64,000 bases of DNA from Methanobacteriota archaeon (GCA_018650165.1 JABIGM010000050.1:46119-110118); one strand, 5' to 3'. Positions 45,247 to 55,405 are shown, counted from the first letter of the stretch. Notes: a model not told the origin generated them from the sequence alone. Numbers and translations: made by a program.

Positions 45247-46398
45247 ATGTTCAAAGGCAGGGTGGAGAGTGTCAGCCATGAAGGCGGCTTACTCGTATCA
45301 TACTCAGGTGCTTGTCCTGCTCTAGGGTCGGTTATGATCGATTCTGGCGAGACATATATCGGCAAAGTTGATGGAGTAATTGGTAATCTAAAAGAGTCAC
45401 TGGTACACATTGCTCACCTCGACAGAAAATCAAATCCCGAAGCTATGCTTGGTCTAGAAATTACAATTAGAACTCGTAAACCGAGGGATAAACAACACTC
45501 GAGTGATGGTCGTCGCGACCGAGATAATCGGGGCGAGCGGGGTGACCGGGGAGGTCGAGATGACAATCGTGGAGACCGCAGGGGACGCGATAACCGCGGA
45601 GACCGAGATAATCGAGATAATCGAGGTGGGAATTCAAACCATCAAAACCGGGATTGGGATTGTCCTAAATGTAATAATTCTAATTTTTCTTTCAGAACAG
45701 AATGTAATCGCTGTGGCGAGCAAAAAGGAAGAGGCGGTTCTAACTTCCAACGCGATGACAGGCGTGGAAGAGACGACAGGCGTGGAAGAGACGACAGGCG
45801 AGATAATGACCGCCGTGACAATCGTAATACTCACGGCGATAATGATTGGGATTGTCCGAAATGTAAAAATTCCAATTTCGCATTCCGAACAGAATGTAAT
45901 CGCTGCGGCGAATCTAAGGGCAGAGGTGGCTCAAATTTCCAACGTAACGACCGCCGAGGAAGTGATGAGCGACGTGGCGGTAATGATCGCCGAGGAAGAG
46001 ACGATAGACGCGGAGGTAATGACCGACGTGGAAATGGTAACACTCACGGAGAAAATGACTGGGACTGTCGAGAATGTAAGAATTCTAACTTTTCATTCAG
46101 GAATGAATGTAACAGATGTGGCGCACCTAAAGGAAGAGGGAGTGCACCAACTCAAAAATGGGAAGGTAATGATCGTAGGGCCGGAGATAGAAATGAATCA
46201 TCTCAGCCTAGAGCGGGTGATTGGGATTGTCCACAATGTGGTAAATCCAACTTTGCAAAACGCAATGATTGCTTTGGCTGTGGACGCTCAAAAAGGGTTG
46301 GCGGCCCTCGAAATAAAGGACACCACCGCAAATTACGCGACCCCCCGAAATTGCAATCTGCTAAGTACGGTCGCGGTGAGCGGAGGAATAACGAATGA
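45247..46398 (+). CDS. Gar1-like H/ACA RNP domain protein fused to RD/RG low-complexity repeats and four RanBP2-type zinc fingers.
   Basis: The N-terminal 78 aa align to archaeal Gar1 ('GLLVSYSGACPALGSVMIDSGETYIGKVDGVIGNLKESLVHIAHLD...NPEAMLGLEITI'). Four copies of W-x-C-x2-C-x3-N-x6-C-x2-C (for example 'WDCPKCNNSNFSFRTECNRCG') are separated by 'DRRGRDDRRG' repeats. Confidence 0.7.
   Translation: MFKGRVESVSHEGGLLVSYSGACPALGSVMIDSGETYIGKVDGVIGNLKESLVHIAHLDRKSNPEAMLGLEITIRTRKPRDKQHSSDGRRDRDNRGERGDRGGRDDNRGDRRGRDNRGDRDNRDNRGGNSNHQNRDWDCPKCNNSNFSFRTECNRCGEQKGRGGSNFQRDDRRGRDDRRGRDDRRDNDRRDNRNTHGDNDWDCPKCKNSNFAFRTECNRCGESKGRGGSNFQRNDRRGSDERRGGNDRRGRDDRRGGNDRRGNGNTHGENDWDCRECKNSNFSFRNECNRCGAPKGRGSAPTQKWEGNDRRAGDRNESSQPRAGDWDCPQCGKSNFAKRNDCFGCGRSKRVGGPRNKGHHRKLRDPPKLQSAKYGRGERRNNE
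45490..46330 (+). repeat. Tandemly repeated coding modules (RD/RG low-complexity plus RanBP2 zinc finger) of about 190 bp, 3-4 copies.
   Basis: Near-identical DNA blocks 'gattgggattgtcc(t/g)aaatgtaa...aattc(t/c)aa(t/c)tt...agaacagaatgtaatcgctg(t/c)ggcga' recur at about 45655, 45845 and 46055. Confidence 0.75.
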
Positions 46399-47426
46399 GT
46401 GCTGAAAGCCATTATCTTGATGCAATTGAAGCAGAAGAGAATGGTGAAATTGACAGTGCCTTAGAGCATGCTAGGCTTGCTGTCGAAGCAGACCCTGAGC
46501 ATTCAAACGCATGGTGGATGATTGCATGCCTCCTTTCGCCCGAAGGAAAATATCCAGATATCGAGCAAGCATCAAAGGCAGTAGTTGCATGTAATAAAGT
46601 CATAGACATCGATCCTTCTAGAGTTGATACATGGGTCAAATGTGGACGCTTGATGGTTGATCATTTGGGTCTGCACGAAGATGCTCTCGCATGGTGGCAG
46701 CGCTGCAGAGAAGCTGCTCCACTAGAATCGGTTCCGATTATAGAACAAGTAACAATTCTTTCAGACCTGGGAATGTATGCTGAAGCAAGAGACCGCTTAA
46801 GTGCGCTTTTCGAAGAGAATTTAGATATTGCAAATTCGCAACTTGCACGAATTACACATCTGCACAAAACTCTCGAGCGTTCGGCTCAACAGGACCCGAA
46901 AGTCCATTTCAAACCGTGGCAAAAAAATCATGGAGGATGGACTGCAATTAAGATGCGAGCAAACAAAGCACCTGTTTCGGAAAACATGTTGTTTATGTTG
47001 TCCACAGTTCCATTTTTGATGATGGAAGTTTTTGCTGCAAGGGCATTATTTGGTTCGGGATGGGGTGCATTTTGTCTGACAAGCCTGCTTATTTTAGTGA
47101 CCGTAATAATCGGTATGTCCTTCACAAGAAAATTGTATCAACGAGTGAATAGACCAGGTTTCAACTTACTAAGAGCGATTCAATTTGAGGCGAGTTGTGG
47201 AAAAGTCGTAATCCCTGAAGATATTCGAGCCTCGAAATTATACATGTTCCTATTCGCTCGACATCCACCTGCATTTCAGCAAAGATTAGAGAAAATTGTC
47301 GAGGCAGACCGTAAACTTCCAAGGAATTGGAAAATGAATCTGCCTGATTTTGAATCACATTACGATGAGATAGGATACATCGATGATGAACAAGAAGAAG
47401 ACTTGACTTCGTACGAAGAAGAGTGA
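46395..47426 (+). CDS. TPR-like N-terminal domain protein with two central TM helices and an acidic C-terminus. Hypothetical.
   Basis: 4-nt start/stop overlap with the upstream gene. TPR-like helical repeats 'ALEHARLAVEADPEHSNAWWMIA'. Hydrophobic segments 'MLFMLSTVPFLMMEVFAA' and 'FCLTSLLILVTVIIGM'. Confidence 0.45.
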   Translation: MSAESHYLDAIEAEENGEIDSALEHARLAVEADPEHSNAWWMIACLLSPEGKYPDIEQASKAVVACNKVIDIDPSRVDTWVKCGRLMVDHLGLHEDALAWWQRCREAAPLESVPIIEQVTILSDLGMYAEARDRLSALFEENLDIANSQLARITHLHKTLERSAQQDPKVHFKPWQKNHGGWTAIKMRANKAPVSENMLFMLSTVPFLMMEVFAARALFGSGWGAFCLTSLLILVTVIIGMSFTRKLYQRVNRPGFNLLRAIQFEASCGKVVIPEDIRASKLYMFLFARHPPAFQQRLEKIVEADRKLPRNWKMNLPDFESHYDEIGYIDDEQEEDLTSYEEE

Positions 47427-48743
47427 TCATGTCCCAGCAGTATAATCTGTTGCGTATGTGGTTTGCTCTTGGGTTAACTCATCAATAGAGAATCCAAGTG
47501 TGCTCAATTTTGTATTTGCCAAATCCATATCCTGTTCCAGTGAGATGTCGTAGACCTTTGCATCCATGTCTGCGCCTTCTGCAGCAAGCCTGCATAGAGA
47601 TAGGAATTGATTTGCAAAACTCATATCCATTACTTCCGAAGGGTGGCCTTCGGCTGCGGCTAGATTGACTAATCTACCGTCTGCTAGAAGATATATGCGG
47701 CGCCCATCAGCCAGAGTATATTCATCGTTTTCGGGACGTATTGTTCGCATTGAAATAGACCTTTCTTTCAATTCTTTAATGTTAATTTCACAGTCATAGT
47801 GACCTGTGTTTGAAACTAATGCACCGTCTTTCATTGTGTCAACATGGCGTCCCAAAATTACATCTTTCATGCCAGTAGCAGTACAAAATATGTCACCAAG
47901 AGGAGCTGCATCATCCATACGCATTACTCGGAAACCATCCATCACTGCCCTTAGAGCAGGTAGTGGATCAATCTCTGTGATTATGACATTAGCACCCATT
48001 CCGCGTGCTCTCATAGCAAGACCACGTCCACAATGACCGTAACCTGCTACGACAAACGTTTTGCCAGCAATCAGTACACTGGTTGCTCTGATGATTCCAT
48101 CTAAGGTCGATTGCCCGGTTCCATACACGTTATCGAAGTCCCATTTTGTGATTGCATCATTAACTGCGATTACTGGGTACTTCAAATCGCCAGCATTTGC
48201 CATAGCACGAAGCCGGTGAACTCCTGTCGTTGTTTCCTCTGTTCCTCCAATGACGGTATCTGCAAATTCAGATTTATCACCATGAACACGAACAATCAAA
48301 TCTGCACCATCATCAAGGGTCAGAGTTGGTTTCAACTCTAGTGTTCGGTCTATACACCAATAAAAGTCCTCAACTGATTGCCCATGCCATGCATGTACTG
48401 CATAACCCTCACGAGCCAACCAGGCCGCTACATCATCTTGTGTAGAAAGTGGATTACATCCAGACCATGATACCTCAGCGCCTGCTGCTCGAATGGTTTC
48501 AATGAGAACTGCTGTTTCCTTAGTGACATGGAGGCAACCAGTTACTCTCATCCCTGCAAGGGGTTGGTCTATTTCGGCTTGTGATTTCAAAGCGGCTAAT
48601 ACTGGCATTCGGGAGCGTGCCCAATCCACACGTAATGCACCTTGGTCAGCTAGGCTCATGTCGGCAACTGTGTAGAACTCGCCTTTGTCCATGGACTGGC
48701 CCGTGTGGACACACCTCATAGGTGAATCGGTCACAAGGCTCAC
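47427..48743 (-). CDS. ahcY: Adenosylhomocysteinase (S-adenosyl-L-homocysteine hydrolase). The start is probably the internal Met at about 48692.
   Basis: 'YTVADMSLADQG', 'GCLHVTKETAVLIETI', 'VAGYGHCGRGLA' (NAD-binding GxGxxG) and 'NTGHYDCEI' are all canonical SAHH blocks. Confidence 0.9.
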   Translation of the reverse strand: MSLVTDSPMRCVHTGQSMDKGEFYTVADMSLADQGALRVDWARSRMPVLAALKSQAEIDQPLAGMRVTGCLHVTKETAVLIETIRAAGAEVSWSGCNPLSTQDDVAAWLAREGYAVHAWHGQSVEDFYWCIDRTLELKPTLTLDDGADLIVRVHGDKSEFADTVIGGTEETTTGVHRLRAMANAGDLKYPVIAVNDAITKWDFDNVYGTGQSTLDGIIRATSVLIAGKTFVVAGYGHCGRGLAMRARGMGANVIITEIDPLPALRAVMDGFRVMRMDDAAPLGDIFCTATGMKDVILGRHVDTMKDGALVSNTGHYDCEINIKELKERSISMRTIRPENDEYTLADGRRIYLLADGRLVNLAAAEGHPSEVMDMSFANQFLSLCRLAAEGADMDAKVYDISLEQDMDLANTKLSTLGFSIDELTQEQTTYATDYTAGT

Positions 48744-48780
48744 CTCAAAAGAAGTGGAGCCCGGTGATCAACTAACCTCG

Positions 48781-51700
48781 CTATTGCTGTTGTTGGAAGT
48801 GACCAGCATATTGTTGGGCATAGGTCCTCGCAGTTTCTTCAGGATATCCTTGGGCAATCAATTGTTGTACATATTGCTCCATCGGGTCCATTTGTGCTAC
48901 TCCAGCATATCCTGCCGCAGTTGCAGTGAAGTCGCCACCCATTTGTGTATCAATTCCCATTGTTTCATCTTCAGTTCCGCCACGCATTACAAAGAATAGT
49001 GATAATAGTACAATTAACAGCAGACCAATTCCTCCACCGAGATATAGCATCAAATTAGAATCTTCTCCTGATTCAATAGCATCAGAATTTGGTGCCTTAT
49101 CCGGGATTCCATCATTATCTGAATCGGTATATTTACCGGACCAACTACAAGATTCGGTTTCATCGTCCCAAATCCAATAAGCATCAGGTTCAGCATCAAG
49201 AACCTCAACTGGAACTTCTAGACCTTGACATGCAGGTAGAGTGAGTTCTATCCAATAGATAATCGGCCATCGCTTGTCATCTCCTTCGTATACCTTGACG
49301 AAGACTCTCTTGGATTTGGTTTCATTATCGAATAGGTCCTCAATATTCAGAGTTAATTCGAATCCGTCTCCGTCTCCAAGGGCATCCGATCTAGCCCATT
49401 TCTTTTCTAAAGAAAGTGTGTACTTAGCGACTGCTGTTTCATCAAAAGTAGTTTCGAGTAAAGCAACTTCGACATATACATCTCCTTGCTCTGCACCATC
49501 TACAATGTTTCCAGCCAAGGTAATTGTATCGCTCATAACCTTTGAACCATTCAGTGACAAATCAATTTGTACAGTAGGTTCAGCATCGCCGAACCCTTCT
49601 GGAACCACTGAGAAGTACATCTTGTACTTGTCAGAACTCTTTCCAGCTTGGTCGTATACTACTAATTCGATACGAATTAGTGATTCTGTCTGCCCACTTG
49701 GGTCAACTGTAACGTTGCTGAAAGTGTAAGCCCAAGCACCATCACTGGAATCAGGTATCACGAAATTATGACCTTCCAACTTGTAATTATCTTCATTGTA
49801 AGGCTTGTCAAACAGTACAGTCCATTCATACGACTCTATTCCAGAACCTGTCAGTGCATCTGCATCTGAGGAATTACCTGCATCGAAATGTACGGTTAGT
49901 GAACCTGTATCATCCAAATGAATACGTTGTAGTGGCCAATCTATTCCAGATACGGATTTTACTCCTCTGTCTTCGATTAAGTCCTCATACTCTTGTCTCA
50001 TATCGATTACTGCATCTGCATCAGGACGGTACTCATCTGCTCTTGTATCATCTGTCATAACTGTAACAGAGATTGAGCGAGAGTGTCCTGCTGCATCGTG
50101 TAGGTAAAGTGTAATCTCCCAAGTTGCGCCTTGCAAACATCCTGTTGCAGATTGTAGGTCAACTTTACAGAATTCAACTGTAGGAGTTGCCACATCTGTG
50201 TGGTCAGTTCCACTAGCCATAGAGGAACCTTCCCAATCAGTTGGTCCATTGATTACCCAATCTGTAGACAAAACCTCAGAGGTACTTGTTGTGTGAGCGA
50301 AAGTAATCTCTGAATCACTCTTCATGTAGTGGTATGCATACCCTGCTGTCGAAGGATCGAATGCAGGTACTTCTCCATTAATAGTCAAGTCAAGTCCACT
50401 TCCAAGTGTACCAAATCCGTTAGGATAAGGAGATACCTGGTATGAAAGCATGTTACCCAGTAGTGGGAAGGTAGAACTGTCTGCTCTATCAGAAACACTT
50501 GCAACGTCGATTGTTGTAACGATTAATCCACCATCAACATAGCTACATACTCCCAATACAGTATCTTGGACATCTGCTTCAGATTGAAGGAGTCTCTGGA
50601 ATGTACCACCTTCTTCGGAGTATCCATTACATGCACGAGGTACAGAGGTCGCAGAAGCGCTCTTTGTGTTGATAATAGATTCTGTAACTGTTCCGAATTG
50701 ATCAAATCCTTGGAATGCTGCTAAATCAATTCCATCAAGTATAGGATGGAATGGGTCTGCAACTTCCATATTGCTGTATGTAACTCGAGTCTCTGGGGTG
50801 TTACGAGGTTGGATATTCATATCGAATGGAAGCAAACTCTCTCCTGTAGATGATGAATAATCATAGTAATCTGTTGCTCCGGAGAGGTGAATTTGTACCG
50901 TACCTCCAGATGACATGAAACTCTTCAGAATATTCTTGTTCGAATCTGTACCAACCATAGTGAAGTACTCTTCAGCATTACTTGCACCCTGCCAAGGCAT
51001 AATCACCTTATCATAATGAGTTAACCAGCCAAGGTCGAGATAATTACCCCAATCATTGACATCATATTGGGTGTAAGTCATTCCAAGAATTACCAAGTCT
51101 TCTTTGATTGAAGCTACTCTAGTGGAATCTCCTGATAATATTGCGATGTCTATATGCGCTGCAAATGTTGCATGGAAGTAACGTACGTTTCCTGAAGTAC
51201 TACCATCTGGTAATGTTGCATGGTAACTAATATTGTAAGAGTGTCCATCTTGCCATCCATTCCATGGTGTAAAGGAAACAATGGTCCGCTGATGAGCACT
51301 CAATGTTTGGCTAGGCCCCGCAGTAGTTGTGTGAACTTGACTTCCATCTGCTTCATCAACAACTGTCATGTGGAAGGTGTAATCTCCTTGAAGAACACCA
51401 TTTGTTGCAGAGAGTGCCCAATCGTGCATCTTTGCACTGTCGATTGGTAGTACACAATCCAATACCACATCATCGAGACATGAAATTTGGTCTGGTTTTC
51501 CAAGGGTGATATCTACACTTTCTACAGAGAAAATCACTCGGCCTAAATTGTTAGCCAGTGACACTTCTTCCATTCCGTACCATGTTGTTCCTTGAGTTGT
51601 ATTGTCGAAAACTGATTCAACTTCAATCTTGTAGACTCCAGATACGAAGTCGTGGTTTGAAATTGAAATTGTTCGGTTCTCCTCAGCATCTAAATCGATT

Positions 51701-54700
51701 ACAGATGTACTGTATACTGCATCTTGGCTGAAGGTAAACTCCTCTAGGGTGATGTTATCGAATCCAACACCACGTACACCATCATTTTGGCCATTGTGGC
51801 CGTCATCGTTCGAACGGAATTCGAAATTGAGGTCTAGAGTTGATCCTGCTAGACTGATACACTCATCAGTCCACTGGTTACTATCAGGAGCGGTTGTATT
51901 TACAACATAAAGGTGAGTCAAATCTAGACTTCTGCTCTGAACTAATCCATCGGTGTTGAAGAATACATTGTATGATCCTGAGCCACCATTAACATTTGTT
52001 GGGTCTCCGATATATTCGATTTCAGTATTGTCTAGAGTTGTTTCATTGACAGGGTCGATGAAACCATTTCCATCTTCATCAACGATACAGAATCCATCTT
52101 CATTGTAATCAATCCACTGTCCATAGATTAGCCCATTGTAATCAGAACTACCTTGTGTCCAATCTACCGTTAGAGCAGCATAATCGTTCACTGAAGATGT
52201 TTGGCCAGACTGAGAAATCTCGAACCAAGTTTCAGCATAGTACTCGAAGTTAAGAGCAACATAGTCACCAGACATGTTTGTCAAATCAATTCCAGGGATA
52301 GTTAGGGTTTCGTTCTCCCAGACATCGCCGAAACTGTTTGCAGTATTACATGGATGACCGAACCAGTATGCATGTGAACCGAAAATCTTCTCAGTACAAC
52401 TGGAGTCATCTAGGATTCCTCCATTTGCATTGTTGTCATCTGTATATCTAAATCCAGATGCACCGCCTTCGAATCCTTCTTCACAGACGACTAGAGGTGA
52501 GCCACAGTATACATCTGTTGGTAAAGCGCTGTAGACCTTTGCTTCAACATCGAATGAGACATTGGTATTACCACGATGTTCGACTTTAACTTCAATTGGG
52601 AAGTTTCCTTCCGCATACAATCCTCCGGGATTGAATGATTCAATTCCCATGACAGCTGGGTCGAAAATATTGAATGCTGTAATGTAACCTACGATTTCGT
52701 CATTTGCAGGCTGTTCATCTTGTCCATAATTCAGAACTGCGGATATACGGTATGTGGTTCCATTCACGAAATCAGCAGTAATTGCTGCTGTGTAATCGCT
52801 ATTAGGTGCCAGATTGTTCATGTTGATCGGTGCTTGAAGGGTCTGAACATTACTGGTAAAAGCGGTGTTTTGCTTCCAGATTGTAATGTTGTCAATTGCG
52901 AATCCATCTAGACCAGACCAACGTGATTCATTTGCGCCAACAGAGCCTTCGAATCCAGACTTAAAGCGGAATCTAATATCGATTGTATCTCCTGCGAATC
53001 GGGAGAGGTCAAATGCCCCAAGGTCGTCTTCTGTGAAATTACCCCAACTGTACTGTGTTCCTGGAATTGCACCACCGTAGCGATAGATAGATTCAGCGAA
53101 ATTGGTATTTTGGAGGTTTTCGATACGTCCATTGTCATATCCACCCCAATAACTGATTCCAGATGCACACTGTGCTCCGAAATATGCCCCATTAGGACAA
53201 GCGATTGTTACCCAGCCTTCGTCTTCTGTGAAGACTTCGATAAGAGCCATGTCGTCCCAAACTTCACCAAGGTAGAAGCCGTTAGCATCTTGATAATACA
53301 AGTCAGCTAGACCGAGTTGCCTGAATAGTTCAACACTCATCCAAGCACGGTCTGCTCCTGTCAAGTCGATATCATTCAGGACAAGCCCTTCATCCCAATT
53401 TGCTCCGTATCCAGACCATTCGCTCCCACTTGAATTGGTTTTCATTACTCCAGACCACATGAAATCAGTAGGGTTGTTTGCGTTTGCAGATTCCGATGCA
53501 GCATTGTTTCCGGAAGTATGTCCACTGGAACTGTTTGCTGCAAATTCTTCATGCCAATGACTTGGCCCATAGTATGACTCAGTAGTCCAAGAACATCCTG
53601 AACTGCATCCGGTCTTAACCTCTGGGTTATCCCAATCCATTGCGTATACTGTTACATTGCTAGAAGCACTTTCATCAACTTCCTTAATCTCAACATCAAG
53701 GGTTGCTTGTCCGTTTAGAATATCCATCCCAGTGTTTGTGACAGTAACTTCAACCTCACGCTCACCTTCTCCTAAAGCACCGATATAAACATCGGTTGGA
53801 GAGATATCAATGCTTGCAACCGCTAGATCTTTGTTATCCATTTCGATAACAACGATTCGGTCGTATGCGCCATCCCAGCCGAAGTTATCATCCCATGTTT
53901 GTTGGTCATATGCTCCATGCCCTACAACGAGGTCAGGTGCACTGTTTGTACCTCCAATTACTTGCCCAACTGTGACAGTAGTTGGCCGCATTGCACCGAA
54001 ATATTCCAGTGGGTTCATGTGACCACCAGCGCCGTTAGAAAGCGTCACTTGGACACTTGTTGGCAAGTTAAGGAAAAAGTTCGTAGTAGTGTCTCCGGTA
54101 GAAGATGTTGAGTTTGATGCTTTGAACTTTCCAGCGTGGATGAAGTCTACTTCTCCATCACCGTTCAATTCAGCAATAGTAACTTCCCAAGCAATATATG
54201 GTCCGAAATATACTGTATTAGAACTAGCATAGGTATGGGTTGTTGGATTGATTGTAGCGTAAGTTACATTCTCGGTATTTCCATCGTTAATTGCAACAAC
54301 ATCGATTACACCATCATTATCCAAATCTCCAATATCAAATCCACCAAATTGAGGACCTAGTGCATGTACGTGCAATCCAGTTCCACCAGATGTACTCCAT
54401 GCAATTGTAGCAGGGAATGTGTTTGTAAGACAATTGAATTCGATAACTGTGACGTTGTCGGATTTACCAGGGTTTGTTGCAGCCCCGGTTAGATAATCGA
54501 CACCTTGTGACCTAACTAGCCACAGGTCATTATCATCACAACTTCCACTAACAGGATTGGTTTGACTTGGTTCTCCCCAATCCCCTAATTCAAGTTCTGT
54601 GTAAGAGTTTTGAGTTGAATCACCAAGACTGGTAATTTGTGCCTGTGTGTTTGAAGTGATTGGTCCGCGGTATGTAACAACACGCTGGTTCTTTAGGTCG

Positions 54701-55287
54701 GCAAGCAATTCGAGTGTGACGATATCGTCGTTGCCATCTTGGTCTAAATCAGCTACTGCTAGGTCCCACATCCAAATTACATCGAATTGTTCACCGATAG
54801 TGAAAGTATCAACGCTACATCCATCGTTTTCGATGATAGTTACGTTTCCGGGCTTGTCAACAACGATTGCACCGCTTGCATCTTGTTTTAGAGGCCTGTT
54901 TCGAGCATAGATTACGATGTCAATAGCATTGTCTCCGGTGAATTCTCCAACCTCGACTTGCTGAGTATTTGAGTGATCTTCATAATCAGCATCTTGGCTT
55001 GGGTTTCCTGAAGTCCATACATCAGAACGCTTCTGGAAGTGTCCATTTTCATTCCACAGAATGGAAATCCTTGTACTTCTATCATTTGCAGTTACAATAT
55101 CCAAATCGCCGTCACAATCGAAATCACCTAAGGCGACATCGACAGGGTCTGTGTCAGTAGTATATGTCCTCGAAGTTGAAGCAGATACTAGGTTTGCGGC
55201 AGTTGTTGAAAGTAACATTACTAAGACTAGGAAAATCGCTCTTGTGCGTCCGTCCTTGTTCATTGTGTTCCAAAACATCATCATCAC
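48781..55287 (-). CDS. Giant (2168 aa) cell-surface adhesin-like protein: signal peptide, FG-GAP/VCBS-like Ca-binding repeats, many beta-rich domains, a C-terminal TM and a Q/Y-rich cytoplasmic tail.
   Basis: Repeated 'DxDxDGxxD' loops ('DFDCDGDLDIV', 'DLDQDGNDDIV', 'DLDNDGVIDVV', 'ELNGDGEVDFI'). N-terminal signal peptide. C-terminal 'IGLLLIVLLSLFFV' TM. Confidence 0.8.
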   Translation of the reverse strand: MMMMFWNTMNKDGRTRAIFLVLVMLLSTTAANLVSASTSRTYTTDTDPVDVALGDFDCDGDLDIVTANDRSTRISILWNENGHFQKRSDVWTSGNPSQDADYEDHSNTQQVEVGEFTGDNAIDIVIYARNRPLKQDASGAIVVDKPGNVTIIENDGCSVDTFTIGEQFDVIWMWDLAVADLDQDGNDDIVTLELLADLKNQRVVTYRGPITSNTQAQITSLGDSTQNSYTELELGDWGEPSQTNPVSGSCDDNDLWLVRSQGVDYLTGAATNPGKSDNVTVIEFNCLTNTFPATIAWSTSGGTGLHVHALGPQFGGFDIGDLDNDGVIDVVAINDGNTENVTYATINPTTHTYASSNTVYFGPYIAWEVTIAELNGDGEVDFIHAGKFKASNSTSSTGDTTTNFFLNLPTSVQVTLSNGAGGHMNPLEYFGAMRPTTVTVGQVIGGTNSAPDLVVGHGAYDQQTWDDNFGWDGAYDRIVVIEMDNKDLAVASIDISPTDVYIGALGEGEREVEVTVTNTGMDILNGQATLDVEIKEVDESASSNVTVYAMDWDNPEVKTGCSSGCSWTTESYYGPSHWHEEFAANSSSGHTSGNNAASESANANNPTDFMWSGVMKTNSSGSEWSGYGANWDEGLVLNDIDLTGADRAWMSVELFRQLGLADLYYQDANGFYLGEVWDDMALIEVFTEDEGWVTIACPNGAYFGAQCASGISYWGGYDNGRIENLQNTNFAESIYRYGGAIPGTQYSWGNFTEDDLGAFDLSRFAGDTIDIRFRFKSGFEGSVGANESRWSGLDGFAIDNITIWKQNTAFTSNVQTLQAPINMNNLAPNSDYTAAITADFVNGTTYRISAVLNYGQDEQPANDEIVGYITAFNIFDPAVMGIESFNPGGLYAEGNFPIEVKVEHRGNTNVSFDVEAKVYSALPTDVYCGSPLVVCEEGFEGGASGFRYTDDNNANGGILDDSSCTEKIFGSHAYWFGHPCNTANSFGDVWENETLTIPGIDLTNMSGDYVALNFEYYAETWFEISQSGQTSSVNDYAALTVDWTQGSSDYNGLIYGQWIDYNEDGFCIVDEDGNGFIDPVNETTLDNTEIEYIGDPTNVNGGSGSYNVFFNTDGLVQSRSLDLTHLYVVNTTAPDSNQWTDECISLAGSTLDLNFEFRSNDDGHNGQNDGVRGVGFDNITLEEFTFSQDAVYSTSVIDLDAEENRTISISNHDFVSGVYKIEVESVFDNTTQGTTWYGMEEVSLANNLGRVIFSVESVDITLGKPDQISCLDDVVLDCVLPIDSAKMHDWALSATNGVLQGDYTFHMTVVDEADGSQVHTTTAGPSQTLSAHQRTIVSFTPWNGWQDGHSYNISYHATLPDGSTSGNVRYFHATFAAHIDIAILSGDSTRVASIKEDLVILGMTYTQYDVNDWGNYLDLGWLTHYDKVIMPWQGASNAEEYFTMVGTDSNKNILKSFMSSGGTVQIHLSGATDYYDYSSSTGESLLPFDMNIQPRNTPETRVTYSNMEVADPFHPILDGIDLAAFQGFDQFGTVTESIINTKSASATSVPRACNGYSEEGGTFQRLLQSEADVQDTVLGVCSYVDGGLIVTTIDVASVSDRADSSTFPLLGNMLSYQVSPYPNGFGTLGSGLDLTINGEVPAFDPSTAGYAYHYMKSDSEITFAHTTSTSEVLSTDWVINGPTDWEGSSMASGTDHTDVATPTVEFCKVDLQSATGCLQGATWEITLYLHDAAGHSRSISVTVMTDDTRADEYRPDADAVIDMRQEYEDLIEDRGVKSVSGIDWPLQRIHLDDTGSLTVHFDAGNSSDADALTGSGIESYEWTVLFDKPYNEDNYKLEGHNFVIPDSSDGAWAYTFSNVTVDPSGQTESLIRIELVVYDQAGKSSDKYKMYFSVVPEGFGDAEPTVQIDLSLNGSKVMSDTITLAGNIVDGAEQGDVYVEVALLETTFDETAVAKYTLSLEKKWARSDALGDGDGFELTLNIEDLFDNETKSKRVFVKVYEGDDKRWPIIYWIELTLPACQGLEVPVEVLDAEPDAYWIWDDETESCSWSGKYTDSDNDGIPDKAPNSDAIESGEDSNLMLYLGGGIGLLLIVLLSLFFVMRGGTEDETMGIDTQMGGDFTATAAGYAGVAQMDPMEQYVQQLIAQGYPEETARTYAQQYAGHFQQQQ

Positions 55288-55405
55288 TCGTTTCTGCGGA
55301 AACCACCTACCACTTTAATTCCTTTGGGAAGGTGCGTTTTATGTTAAGTAGAAAATGTAATTCAGTACAGCGTTTTTACCAAAAACAAAAATTTACCAAA
55401 AACAC

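Noticed and set aside
45503-46405. A 300-aa alternative-frame ORF across the Gar1-zinc-finger gene, plus three minus-strand ORFs in the same span.
   Set aside because: They are generated by the tandem DNA repeats. Their translations are degenerate low-complexity ('ETTGVEETTG', 'SLPPRLSSLPRRS'). The +1 frame has the clear Gar1 and RanBP2-ZnF signatures.
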